Shown: positions 38,033 to 51,039 of the stretch, one piece after another
Position numbering within the stretch: the stretch's first letter is position 1
Layout of the letters: each line of letters opens with the position of its first letter
Assembly: GCF_036321535.1 (NCBI RefSeq)
Contig: NC_087436.1
Span: forward strand, 48,610,001 to 48,674,000
DNA: 64,000 nucleotides
From: Camelus dromedarius
Lineage: Eukaryota
Reading direction: 5' to 3'
Translations under genes and position numbers: made by a program
Notes under the pieces: model-generated
Told to the model about the DNA's origin: nothing
Database searches by the model: none
The model's input: the letters and a program-made list of their open reading frames with translations, nothing else

Positions 38033-40809
38033 ACTCTCACTGCCCCTTCCATATTCACAATTTCAAAAGTAAAAATTTCCAAAAAAAGAATGCAGTGAAG
38101 TATCCAGTCTAAGGGGAGAACCGCTGTTCTCAGGAACTCTTGCTATGCATTACCTCTTCACCTCCAAGACAGCATTACCCAGAAAACACAACCCCCTGGT
38201 AAAGAACCACATTGTCTGTCTCCAGTCAGGTCCTTGATATACAGGGTCAAAGTTGGCCTTTAACCTTTGTCTTCTATGCCTTAGCCAGGGACCAGAACCG
38301 AAGGACTGGAGAAGTTTTTGTATCAGCCTCCCAGTCACATGTGGAAAGCTGAGGAAGGGGACTAGCAGGGAGGAAGGGGATTAGTTAGCTAGTTTCTAGG
38401 TCTATTAATCATAAAAGAGAAGAAATAGAGGTCATTTAGGTCATTTGCTAACTTTAAAAAAAAATTATTTTTATGCCCTGAGATAAACTATCCTTATATT
38501 TATTACTTACTATCCTGGTAATTTATTACTTGTCAGATAGCGTACATTTTTCTAAAATTATCTTTAAGATCATTAATAATCCCATGTACCATGCATTTAT
38601 TGGCTTGGACTCCATATAGGGTCATTAAAGATCTGAAGGTCATGTGAGGAATATGACTACAGGGTTGGGGCCAAATGACACAAGGGGATAATTTGCATAC
38701 TGATGCACAACCAGGGGAAAAAATTTCTTTTTTAAAGGGTAGTGCAATTAAAAACAATTTCTGCACTCACACATTATCATTAATTGTGTATGGCAATACA
38801 AGATTACAGGATAAAACATCTAATGCAATGCTCAGTGTGACCAGTTTAACTCCTTAATCTGAGCCTGATTCCTGTTTGCAAAGGAGGTTCTTATTCCAGA
38901 AGTGTTGTCCTCTCCTGGCTTCCACCTGGCCTACACTGTGCTCTGCAGAGGCCTTTCTAAGATTTGCCTTGGCATGAAAGCCTACCCTGAACAACTAGGG
39001 GAAGCAAGCAGAATCCATTTCCAGTGATTGATCCGTTTCCCTCTGTATAGAGGGAAAAAAAAATGTTATCACAAAGTATTGATTCACAGCTGGGAGGTTA
39101 GTTTGAGTTGTGTACATTCCCAAATTAATCTGATAGAGGCTGATCAGTATTAAAACATTTTTCAACCTTATTTTGGGGCTACTACAACTCTATGACTGTA
39201 TAGTCTTCCTAAATTGTGGCTTATCTATGTTTAGTTTGTAACAATAATTTTTTTCATATCAGCATGCCTTATTGTTGCTATCAGGTAGTCCTCGTGATTT
39301 ATTCCACCATTTGGTACTGAAAAAGAAGCCTGAGAAGAGTTTTTTCCTGGTAACAAGGTAATTTTTAAAAATTGCCCTCCCACTTTTTACATTAAATTAA
39401 CTAATATGAATCATAAGGGAAGAATTAAGTATAACAGCATCCCAGGTAATACAGAAGGACTAGTTCAGATTTCAGAAATAACTATACACTATAGATATTT
39501 ATCTGGCTGCTGGTTAACTAATATTTTACAAAACCTACTAGACATAATTTGTGCTGATTAGGCATTTCCAAAATATGTTTACTTGTAAATCACAAATCAT
39601 TTTAAAGTGTGTATGTGTAAGAGCAAAATATAATTTAAAAGAGATGATTTTAATAAACAATTTACATACTAACCAACGCATTTCAATATAAATTCTGGAA
39701 ATGTTATTTTAACAAGAATCATATGCAGCAATGTAACAACTATTTAAAATTTCAGTGGTGACATATAACTTACATAAAGCAAGATGTTACATACTTGTAC
39801 AGAAAGTATCCTGTGAGATGACAATAGCTCAAGCAGAAGCTGACTACATTAAGTGCCTTATTAATAATTAATTGTATGACATTCTGAAATGAATTTAAAA
39901 CTGCCCCTTTTGATTAAGTGAAGTATATAAAAATTCATATTAAAGTTCATTATTGTCAGCTAGATTAATTCTATTAAATCAGGAAGAATAAATTAATGAG
40001 GAATTAAATTGTTGCAATTATTTAGCCCTTTTAACTAGCTTGTCCTGCTAGGACATTGACTGAGCTAGGCATTTATTTTAAAGCCCTATTGAAATTTTGT
40101 GAGTGTATTATTGGGTACATACTTAATTACGAACAAAAAGATGATTCTTAGAATCTGAACAAAATGCTCAGTTAAGTATCTGATACAGAGCATCCACTGG
40201 CAACTCCAAAGGCTGTCATTTCCAACACAGACCCTCGACCTGACAAATCTTGGCTCCAGGTCATGTTTTTGTTGCTCCACGAGAGCACAGGAGTGATTCA
40301 GCCATCTCAAGGAGGTGAAACCGTAATTCTTCCAGGACACCTTTCCCCTCAGATGGCATGTGTATTTTTGTTTACCCAGATCTTGGAAGGTTGGAATGAG
40401 GAAGAACTGTGGGCTGGGGTTTCAGTTTGGCTGGCAATTGTTCAGTGTTCATGGCTGAGAGAGGGGTTGAACTTTCTCAAGGATCTTCTATTTCACAACA
40501 CTAAGTACCCTTAAGCCCACCAGAATCATGGTAAATCCTGCTTCTTGCAGCACTATTTAGGAAGCTCAACCTCCATCCACTGTGGCTGTCCTCAGAGTAA
40601 GGCCTCCTGGTCTCCCGTGTCAGAATGTAATCTCCAGATAACTTGAGAATAAGAAATATGTTTCAAGATCCCAACGCGATTGCATTAAGAGTAAATTGTC
40701 AAAAAAAACACGCTGAGGAAAACAGTACATGTTTCAGAAAAAGAAGGGAGGAGAGTTTTTCTCTCCCTTAAGAAACCACAAATTAGAGGGAGCCTTCAGG
40801 AAGAGGGGG

Positions 40810-41000
40810 AGACCAGGAGTCAGAGGACCTGAATTCTTCCGGCCTCTGCACCGTTGCTCTGGGTGTGTCCCCGTGCAATTCACTTAGGCTCTCTCACACA
40901 GGGATAACATAGAGATAATAGCACTGATCCAGCCTGTCTCCCAGGCTTATGCTGAAGCTCATGGGAAAGGATCTTGCAAAAGGAAAAGTATTATTCAGAT
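40810..41000 (+). mobile_element. MIR SINE (degraded)
   Basis: ggagtcagaggacctgaattct...caattcacttaggctctctc. Confidence 0.55.
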
Positions 41001-42734
41001 GTAGTATGTTTATAATTTTTATTAAAGTCCTAACTGTTCTGTAAAACTACCAAGACAAAATTTTTATCTACCCAATCGTTTTTAAATAAGAAATTTTGAC
41101 ACAAAAAATAATCACTCTTACAATCCATATATATGGTCCTATTTTACATAACTCAAAAAGGAAGAGACTGTATGAGCAGTGGTAAGATTGTACACTGCAC
41201 ACTTGTGTCTGTTTGATTAAAAGCAACCATTTCTGCTAAGTTGATAAATTTTATCCAAGATCCTTTCAGATTTCTCTTTGTTTTCTACACTACCCTTCAC
41301 CTAACCCAGTTTTATCAACTTAAAATATCCTCTTTTTAGAACAATCTGAATTCTCTTCTGATAAAATCCGGCAGTTTCAGCTTTGCCAATAGCCATCTAC
41401 ACCTAGATGACAGAGATTAACTTTATTTCACATCCACTGTTTCCTTCAGTTTTATCTCCCTCTTCCCTTGCAGCTCTCCCCTGGACTTCAAAGCAGCTTT
41501 GTGGTTTGTCTTGCAGAAAATCAATGGTTGGGAGATGAAAAGAGGCTCTTGATCTCCGCCTGCTGCAGGCCGTTCTAGTAGGCAGCGTCAGTGTGAGAGC
41601 CACAGCCATTCTTCCTTGCAGAGGAGGGAAGTCAATTGAATACATACACCCAAAACCCTTATAAGGGCAGAATGGTGCCCATTTTAAAAAGGTAGGATCA
41701 CATTAAAACACAAAAGTATTTACAAAAATAAGTAGATTATTGGAGTACTGGTGTTTAGAGTATAAATTTAGACTGTTATTGAATACGACCCTGATTTTTT
41801 TTAAAAGCTATGTCTGGACTTAGTTATGGAGTACAAATATATGTCATTTATCACCCTGTCTAGGCAACCAAGAAGTTATTTGGATTTAGTGGGCTTTAAG
41901 GATTATGATTAAGAAAGAACATTAATGAATGCATGTGAATAGGTATATATTTCTACATAGATAAGTAAAAGTATTGTTTTCCTGCCACAGATATGGCCAG
42001 CGTCTTTGGCCTTGCTTATCCAGGTTGTGTATCAGTCCCTTTTCAACAATGATGCACACTCTAACCCAGCTCTATCATGTGCATTGCTTAGCTCTCAATG
42101 TTCTTTATATTCCAAGGTCATTTCTTGAGCCAGTATTGGAAAAAGAGACCTAAAGAGCACATACATTCCCCAATGCTCTCTAATGAAAACTACGCTTTCC
42201 TTGGGACCCTTAGCATATGACTGTGCTTCAATGATAACCTCTTATTATGTCTCCGTGATGTAGCTAAGGGAGTCTGTCAGGTAGTAAAGTTTTGGTAGTC
42301 TTTTATGGTATTAGAAACAGGCACCTAAAAATCGCTGCCAATCACTATTCTCTCCACCAAGCTCCCAAATGAAATTTACACACCAGGGATAACAACGTGT
42401 ATAAAATAAAGCACCAATCTTTGGCTAGGCCAGTGACAATTACTACCCAATTCAGAGCTTTTGTAAACCTGAGTTAAAGCCCATAGCTTAGACTCAAGGC
42501 CAGTGGATTATCTTCTGTGCTCGGAGGCGGAATCTAAATCTTGGAATCCCATTTTCTAGTTTGTCACATGGTATGGAAACTAAAACAAAAGGCCAGTAAG
42601 CTTAGATAAAGAGATAAGAACAACAACAACAAAAGATGGCCAAGTAACTGAAGGAGACTTATTTCAGCTTGCAGTTGTACTATTTGCAATGGAAGTAAGG
42701 GAAGAGTGAACTTCTTAAGACACAGTAGCCCTGC

Positions 42735-43241
42735 TGCATTAGTCAGGGTTCTCCAGAGAAACAGTCTTAGATAGATTAGACAGAGATAGATAGATAGAGA
42801 TAGATTGAAATATTATTCATTATAAGGAACAGTTCACACAATTTTGGAAGCTGGCAAGTCCCAAGATCTGCAGGGTGAGTCGGCAAGCTGGAGACCCAGG
42901 ACAGCCAACGATGTAGTTCTAGTCCAAAGACCAGAAGTTCAAGACCCAGAAAAAGTCAGTTCAAGTCCAAAGGCAGGAAAAGGCCAATGTCCCAGGAAGG
43001 CCTCAAGCAGGAAGAATTCTCTCTTACTTGGGGGAGGGTCAGCCTTTTGTTCTATTCAGGCCTTCAACTGATTGGATGAGGTCCCCCAAGTTAGGGAGAG
43101 CCATCTGCTTTGCTCAGTCTGCCACTTTAAATGTTAATTTCATCCAAAAACATACTTACAGGTACACCCAGGTTAGTGTTTCACCAAATAGTTGGGCACC
43201 CTGTGGCCTGGTCAAACTGACACATAAAGTTAACCATTACA
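42735..43241 (-). mobile_element. MLT2 (ERVL) solo LTR with internal (GATA)n
   Basis: tgcattagtcagggttctccagagaaacag...gctggcaagtcccaagatctgcagggtgagtcggcaagctggagacccagg...tgacacataaagttaaccattaca. Confidence 0.9.
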
Positions 43242-43799
43242 CCTAGCCATCAGAAAGTGTGGCTCAAAAAATGTTCTAGAACCAGACCAATCAGATTAAC
43301 ATTCCTTCCTTTTGTGCGGAGAAACAGGGAAAGGGAACAGGCAACATGTGCGTGGGGGTCCTCTTCCCTACATGAATGTACAACTCCCCTTTCTAGATTT
43401 GAGGGCAAGATAAGTAGCATTTTCGTTTTGTTATTTCCGATAGAAACTAGTCCATCGTCGGCACAGAAGTGGGCTTCAGTGAGCATTTACTGAATGAATG
43501 AAGAGAATCACTGTCCACAACATAAAAGCATCAATCAACAATGACTGACTGACTAAGTACCGGATATGTGCCTGGATGCTGGGATATGCAGTGGGTGATA
43601 TTAAAGAGGTAGGCATAGTCCCTGTTGTAAGGGTTGGCACATCCAAAGGAATTTAAAAAGGGAGCAGTGACATACCCTTGTGGCACAGGCTACAGTTGTT
43701 CTGTGTGCTCAGCAAAGCTGGGCCAGATTCTTCCCTGTGAGCCAGCGCTGTCCCTAATGAGACCACCTCTCAAGGTGGGGTTCTTATGCTTTGAACTTA

Positions 43800-43970
43800 G
43801 ACATTTTGTCAGTTGCTGAATGTGTGACCTTGAACAAGTTGCTCTGCCTCCTTCAGCCTCAGTTTCCTTATCTGTTAAACAGGATCGATCCACGCCTGCT
43901 TTACAGGCTTGGTGTGAGGAGTAAAGACAAAAATGATTATAAGGCACACAGTCCTTAGCACATAGAGCAA
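43800..43970 (+). mobile_element. MIR SINE
   Basis: tgtgtgaccttgaacaagtt...gcctcagtttccttatctgttaaa. Confidence 0.8.
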
Positions 43971-44915
43971 ATAAAAATAGAGGTATCTATTTTTATACTT
44001 TTTATTGTTAACCTACCAGAGGAGAGCTTTTCACCTCATCATTAGTTCACCCTTAAAAGCATAATTTCATGATGTCTCTATGCTTGAGGTCTTTTTCCAT
44101 TCATTGTGTGAGAATTCACTAGCCAAGACAGAAGAAGTGTTCGGGTTTGCAGTGGACACGATGAGGGTCGGAGAAGAAGGAGGAAATAGGGCCCTTACTT
44201 TTAGAAGCTTACGCTCAAAGGAGGGCCAGCGGGAGGGCTGCTTGAGTGTTAAACAGCCATGAGCTGGGTGCTGTGGAATTCAGTGCAATTCTTACTGATC
44301 TTTGAGGAAACAGTCCCTGTTTGCTGGAGTTACTGGCCTGGCGTCCCGAGAGCCATCAGGCATCTGCCTGCTGGAAGAAATACACAGCAGTGGCCAGGCG
44401 CTGCTGCTATCGCACTGCGCCTTTACAGAATATCTACCCTGCAACCGTGGGGGGCTGTCCGGTTCTGCCTTGATAAGCTTTCCCACTAGCTCTGACTTCC
44501 TAATTTCAAAGATCCTCTTTTGAGTCAGTTGTGTGGAGCGGCAAGCTGAAATTCCCTTTTAGCCGCTGCCTGTTGCCAACATGTTCTCTTGCATTTGTCT
44601 TTAATGTGCATTCACTTCCTAAAAGCACAGCGAGTTAATTCTGCCGCAGATGGAGATGGCACGTCTTCCGGGGCACCTCGGTGGGGGAGTTATATCTTGA
44701 TGCTCGGATTAGCACATGATTCTGATGCTACTGAACACGTAAGTGCCATGATGCATCTTTCCTCTGCTGCTTAATTATTGATATTAGTTAATAAGTTAGT
44801 ATTTTGACTATCTGAGAACTCGTGGGCTCAGGTAAGAGGGAAGAAATTTTAATTCTCTACATTGTTGCTCCCTTTCTGTTTCTGTTCTAGAAGCAGTCTA
44901 ATTGCTTCATCTAAA

Positions 44916-44942
44916 ACACACACACACACACACACACACACA
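44916..44942 (+). repeat. (CA)n microsatellite
   Basis: About 13 uninterrupted CA units. Confidence 0.95.
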
Positions 44943-45439
44943 TAATAATTCCTTGGAACAAATTTTCTCTTGGGCCTTTTAAGTTTAAAAACTACCTTAA
45001 ATGATTGGAGCAGAGCTGCCAGGTATGACTGCAAAGCCTGCGTACCCTGCAAGCCCAGATGGAAACACATACATAGACCACAATAACAATAGTTTCCCCT
45101 GGAGGTGTGCAATACAGCAGCAGCCCTGATTTGGGAGAAAATAAATATTTTATCATATTATAAAAAAAAATCTTAAATGGGTCTCTTATTACAAACACTC
45201 ATACTAAATGAAATTGGAGCTAAAATTTAGTAGGTTAACTGTTTTTTTACTGTTGCTCTATATTCTTTCCTTAAGGAAAATTACTGGCTGATCCTATAGG
45301 AATTTCTTCCCTAAGAATACTTTGTTATGTTTAAATGCATTGGTAATGGTTGGAAGAGGAGTGACTGCACATTTTGGGCTGACAGGTTGCTCTAATGCAG
45401 CGTGCAGAACAGCATGAGACACTGCAACAGAGTGTGGGC

Positions 45440-45665
45440 ATGAGACTCATTAGAGGGACCCTGACTTTTCCCTTCCTGGCTGTGCGACATGGGACATTTA
45501 ATTTAACCTTGTGCTGAGCCTCAGTTTCTATATTTGTAAAGCAGGTTTAATAATCATGTGTGCTTCACGGTTATAGTGAAGATAAATACAATACGGTATG
45601 TGAAGCACTTTACTAAAGTGCCTGGCACACAGGACAGACTCAATATATGGGGCAGCTGTTACTCT
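45440..45665 (+). mobile_element. MIR SINE
   Basis: ctgagcctcagtttctatatttgtaaagcagg...aaagtgcctggcacac. Confidence 0.8.
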
Positions 45666-46199
45666 TAATGTTAGAAGACACCACGTGCCCATGCTGGTGT
45701 CTGCTTTTTCTAAATTCTCATGCAGTGGTGAAACTGGGCAAGCAAGATACATTTTTTGACTAATAGAAGTAGCTTCCCTTATTCTTGGTGTCTACAGGCC
45801 CAGAAAAGGCTAGAAATACAACAAAAAGGGAGTAGCTGCCAGCAATGCCTTCCAGGAATTAGAAGACGGCCATGCATCAAAGTGCAGCAAGAATGCAGAA
45901 AGCAGCCTGGACTCGTTGGGGTGGCAGGGAGACGGTGTTGCTGAAACCTAGTGAGGAGTAGTTTTACTCTGATGGGTAGAAGAGCAGGGCCACTGCCAGC
46001 AGAGGAAAATGAATGCCCAGCAGATGAGGGGAGGTGGGGAAAGTGTGAGGGGGCAAATGGCCTGCCCCGAATACTTCCCAGGCCTGTGTAAGGATGCAGA
46101 CAGAGGCCCTTCCGAACTGTGTGTACAGGGGATTTCTGGATTGGAGGCAGGGACGGGTTAAGGGCACAAGGTCAAGTTATGCCCGTCCCTCTGGGAGGG

Positions 46200-46990
46200 G
46201 AACTTGGGGCGAGGGGCTGCGAGAGAGCTGGACTAAAGTGTAGAGCAGGACCCGGAGCAGAGGCCATTGATGAATTCTGAACAGCAGCCTGATCTGATCA
46301 GTTGTAAATGTTAGGCACTCTCCCTTATAGCAGAGAAGAGGGTTGATTGGAGGAACGATGGGGTGGGGGTGGAGGGCGGAAAGGTGATCCAGTGAGGCTT
46401 CTGTCCATGTGGGGGCAGAGGGAGGAGGAGGAGATGGGGAGTTGGCTGGAGACCAAGTGTCTGAACAAAAGGAGGCCCAAGGGGCATGGACATTGAAGAT
46501 TAGAGACAGAAGAAAATAAGGACATAGAGTCAACAGAACTTAGTGATTTTAAAAAAGTGTGTCTGTGTTTGGGTGAGGGGACAGAAAGGAAGAAAGGGAA
46601 GTCCAGGCTGGCTTCCTGGTTTTAGGCTTCACCAACAAGCTGTGCTGATGGAGACAGTGGCACGAGGGGAAGAATGGGTTCAGCTGTGGTGCTGAACTGC
46701 CTGGTGACAACCCAAATGGAGGCACAAGAAGGAAGCTGGATAAATGAGCCAAGGGCTGGGGCAGCATCTGGCAGGACGCTTCAGCACACTGGCAGTGGTG
46801 GAAGCTATGGGTGTGGGTGAAATTGACCCTGGGAGATGTTAGTCAGACAGGAAAGCTGAGGGTGGGACCCCGAAAAACACCTAATGAAGGACGGGCTAAG
46901 GAAGAGATCAGCATAACAAGAGCGTGGAGTTTAGTTGAAGAAAGGAATTGTTAGATGTGTCAAATGCTGTTGAAAGGTAAGTCATATAAG
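46200..46990 (-). mobile_element. L2 LINE fragment
   Basis: gaggccattgatgaattctgaacagcagcctgatctgatcag...gtgtcaaatgctgttgaaaggtaagtcatataag. Confidence 0.7.
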
Positions 46991-47004
46991 GAATTTTAAA
47001 AGTC

Positions 47005-47240
47005 ACTTTAATCCATTTAAATGTCCCCTCCTCGCTGAGACCTTCCTTAATCATTCTATTGAAGAACATCCCTCTCCCATTCTCTTTCAAACACTTACCC
47101 CAATTTGTAATTGCATCTCTATTTGCAGATTAATTTGTTAAAAGTTGTCCCTTCAACTAGACTACACACTGAAGAGAGCAGGGCCCTGCCTGTCTCTTTC
47201 TGTATCCTCAGTAGGTGCTCAGTAAATGTCTAGTGATGTG
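47005..47240 (+). mobile_element. L2 3' end
   Basis: ttaaatgtcccctcctcgctgagaccttcctta...agtaggtgctcagtaaatgtc. Confidence 0.7.
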
Positions 47241-47604
47241 GCTGAGTGTAATTTCAGTGGCTAGAAAGCTGGTTCCATTTAAGCGAGCCCCACCCACCCC
47301 TACCCCGGGAATAATGCTGGTCAACCAGTCATACATAAGATGTGTGCAAGTTTCAAGTTCCTAAGTTAAATCCTGAATTGCCAGAATGCAGGCAAGTAAT
47401 GTCTGCTTTAAAAGCAAAACATGGGAGGATCAGCATTTTCTCATCTTCTAAGATAGTATTGGAGTAGCCAGCTCAAACATAAACTGGGCCCTCTGCTAAG
47501 ATCCACACACAGCTAGGCATATGCATTCCTGTTGACGGGCAGGAGCCGCCAGCAATACAGCCAGTGGGACGGGGATCCTGGGTAGGCCCGGTGCTAATCT
47601 AGAA

Positions 47605-47787
47605 CAGGGGTTCTCAAAATGTGGCCCTCATACCAGCAGCATCAGCATCACTGGGAGCTCATTAGATATGTAAAACCTTGGGTCCCGCCCCACACTTACT
47701 AAATCAGAAAGCCTGGGGTTGAAACCCAGAAGGGCTTAACACAGCCTTCAGCTGACACTAGTGAATGCTAACGTTTGCGAAGCACTC
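47605..47787. mobile_element. MER5A hAT-Charlie MITE with intact 8-bp TSD
   Basis: TIRs caggggttctcaaa / tttgcgaagcactc; internal accagcagcatcagcatcactgggag; TSD ATCTAGAA at 47597-47604 and 47788-47795. Confidence 0.9.
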
Positions 47788-50659
47788 ATCTAGAAGGTTG
47801 ATCCTTCCACCTAGCCTCCTGGACTTTCCTCTGCCCTGCGTGAAAGAAGAGGCCACGGGCAGAAGAGGAGGAATATGTTCTCACAAGAGTATGCATGACC
47901 TTGCTCATGGCTGCCTCGGAGACAGAAGTGACAGAAGTGACACCGTGAGGGCTCTGGAAAGCACCGCAGCTCCTCAGCATCTTGTCGACATGGGGCTCGG
48001 GGGGGAAGGCAGCCCTCCTGGCCTGGCATCTGGGCTGTCGAGAAGAAGCCCAGAGCTGTGCAGAGCTGGGGAGGGGCACAGCCACCCTCAGGTGGCTTCC
48101 CAGGAGCCCCAGAACAGAGGAGCGTCAGAGGGCTGCTCTGAGGTCACACGAGACCCCACTGGGGAGTATCCAAAACTGGGTGAGAGTTTCTGGACCATGC
48201 AGCTGGGGGGAGGCCTGTGATAGCCAGGCTATTACCGTTCATCTAATCCTGTTAGAGTCGGGAGGCCCTGGGAGGCCTGAGTTACAGGAGGAGCGGAAAT
48301 TCATCTTTAGCGTAGGGTTTAGCACATAGAAAACTTCGATGCCTTCACCTCTCTCTGATGACTCTGTGGTATAAACACCAAGCAGGGGCAAATCTTGGCC
48401 TGGATTTAAAAGCACAAGGGGGGCTATCCTTCCCCCTTCACCCCACCCCCAGCACACACACGTGCGCACACACACGGGTCTGCACGGCACATTGCAGTGG
48501 GTAATTACTGAGGGCTTCCTGGCCGACAATGAAAGCCTGCTTGCCCGAGCATCAGTCATATCCACAGACTTCCCTGACAATTACCCCACAGCTTCAGCCC
48601 CAGTAAAATAAATGAGCCATTCAAAGGTTTCTGGAAGCTTCAGTCCTGGCAATGCCTCCTCAGATACAGTGGTTTGGCAATCTGGGGTCTCTGTGGGCTC
48701 TCACAAAAAGGGTATCGCATTTCTGACCACTTTCCCTGTGGTTGGACTTCTTCCTCCTCCTTTGAAGTTCACAGTTTCTGAAATGTTGGCGTCTCTCTTT
48801 TCTTTCCTACTTGTTTACTGTCTTGTAACTTGAAGGCAAGGAAGCCCAAGTCATGGAAATTGTTAATTGCACCCTTAAGTTTAGTTGAACAAAAGCATTG
48901 GTGAGGGCTTTGGCTGGAGCTGCCGGAAAGTTCAAGGCCTGTTTATTTGGCTGAGCATGACTGGAGCCCACACTAACCATCTTCTCATCTTAGGGAGCTG
49001 CTTCCTGCCCAGGATGCCAGCTTAACACTCACACTGTTACTTTTTAAGCTACTGAGTATCTGAGCATTTCATTCTCCAGAAAGTTTTTTTTTTTTAAGAA
49101 AATTAACTGTGGTGGAGGGGAGGGCAGTTTCATGTGTTATATTAATTCACCCCAGACACCATCAGCTTGAAAGTGAAATCTCGGGGCCTTAGTCAGCACT
49201 GGTTCCCGGTGAGTATATCGCTTCCCTCAGGGCATCAAGAGATCAGACCCCGAGAGACAAGGATACTAAAATTCCTATCAGTGGCTACATGCCCACTATT
49301 TCTTGTCCCCTGTGGCTTTGTGCCACTGGGTCCTGTAATACAAACCTCGCCTTGCTTGTTATCTTTCCTTACCAACTCACAACTGAATTTCCTACCCCAT
49401 GTAGAAGGAAAGTCAAAGAGCCTAGTCCCCAAGGCACTCTGCCTCAAGAACCTACCTCACTGTAGGCAGCCCTTGCAACTGCCCACCTGCCAGAGAACCC
49501 AAAGCAAAAAATCTCCTTCCTGTCATCTGCCTTTCATTTTGATGGGAGTGGGGTGGGGGGTACTTCTTAATGCTAGAAAAGTGACCAAATAAAATGGAGC
49601 CAGAGGGCGAAAGTAAGTGAACCCTGACATCACAAACTCCACAGTGAACTCCTGAAGACCCCAGAGTTGTAGGAGGCAGCGAAGGCCGCCCTGACGGGTG
49701 CAGCTGCACCACATGACACGGAGACTCAGCAGAGCCCAGCGCCCCAGTGAGGGGCTGGCCGGGTGTGTGTGATCTCCGAGGCCCTGTCAGGACAGACTGC
49801 TTAGTTCTGCGGTGGAAACGTCTCTAAACTGAGATCAGGTGTCTCATGTCAAGGCCAAAACAGAGTTAGTATCAATGGCTTCTTTGGTGTTCTGGAAAGG
49901 GACGGCTGTTGGCATGGCTCCCCCGTCTCCCTTTGTGAGGGACGTTGCTCCATCCTCCTGTTCCCTTCCTTCCTCCCCTCGTGCTGTGTGATCGGCAAAC
50001 TGAACAGTATCATCCGTTTCACTTTGAACAAGCGCGCTTATCCTCCCGTGTTGATGTCGCTGACATTTGATTCTGAGGTGTTATTATAGATGATAAACAA
50101 CTTGACCTTCTACAGGGCACCTAAGAAGAAAGGACACTGAGAATAAGGCTCATTGTTGACAGAGGCAGCCTATTCACCAGGATTCTTTTCTTTCCTTACA
50201 AGTGGCCTTGCTAATCTGGCAGAGTGAAGTGATTGGGGGGGAAGGGAGGAGGGTACCTTAGAGTTTGAGGGACCTCATTTAAATTGGCTAATGTGGTGCC
50301 CCTGAGTTGAGAGGTTTTCTGGCCTGATGTCAGCAGTGGTAATGATAACTAATGGGATGGGTTCCTATTCCAGGTTTCTCTTCCTCGTCAGTCCTACTCA
50401 TATTTTGCTCATTCATGATCTCCTGTAACCTAGCAGTGAGATATACGGCGTCCTTTGCTTTCAGAATAATAGTGGAAATAGTTATCAAGTAATGGATATT
50501 TCCAGTTACGGCTTCCCTTGCCCCATTTTGTGGAAACCAGTCTGAACCTCTCCCTGGGACAGAAAGATTGACCTCGTAAATAAAGAAGTGAGCCCTGAGC
50601 CCAGAAGACAGGATGATTCCTACCCTTAAAACTAACTGACAAAGAAGCCTTGTAAAGTC

Positions 50660-50830
50660 ACAGGAAGGACCTGGGCTCCAGAGTTAGCCAGATTGGGCTT
50701 CAATTCCCAGCTCCACAACTTACTGACTCTGTGACGTTGGACAAGTCACTTGACCTCTTTGAAAGTCAGTTTCTTCCTCCATCAAATAGAGGCAATAATA
50801 CCCATCTTGTGAGGACTTAATAATCTAATT
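50660..50830 (+). mobile_element. MIR SINE
   Basis: tgggcttcaattcccagctccacaacttactgactctgtgacgttggacaagtcacttgacctc. Confidence 0.85.
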
Positions 50831-51039
50831 TAGGCTAAATTCCAGACACTCTCTCACCACCCATTGCACTTCCTAGACCTTAATTCAGTTCTATTCTACT
50901 GTCTTCTCGTTTTCATATTTTAAACTCAGTTTTGCCAGTGAGCACTGAACTCAGGCAGGACAATTATGCGCTTGGAAACATTTCCCACAAAACCCCCCGG
51001 GTTAAGAGAGCAGGGCTCAAGATCCTCGTTCCTTTCCAT

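Noticed and set aside
47765..49714. Cluster of 100-150 aa ORFs on both strands
   Set aside because: Explained by higher GC content and so fewer stop codons. No domain similarity or consistent exon structure; one ORF starts inside the MER5A.
49730..49762. CTCF-like motif (minus strand cctcactggggcgctg)
   Set aside because: The central (C/T)AG of the consensus is not matched.
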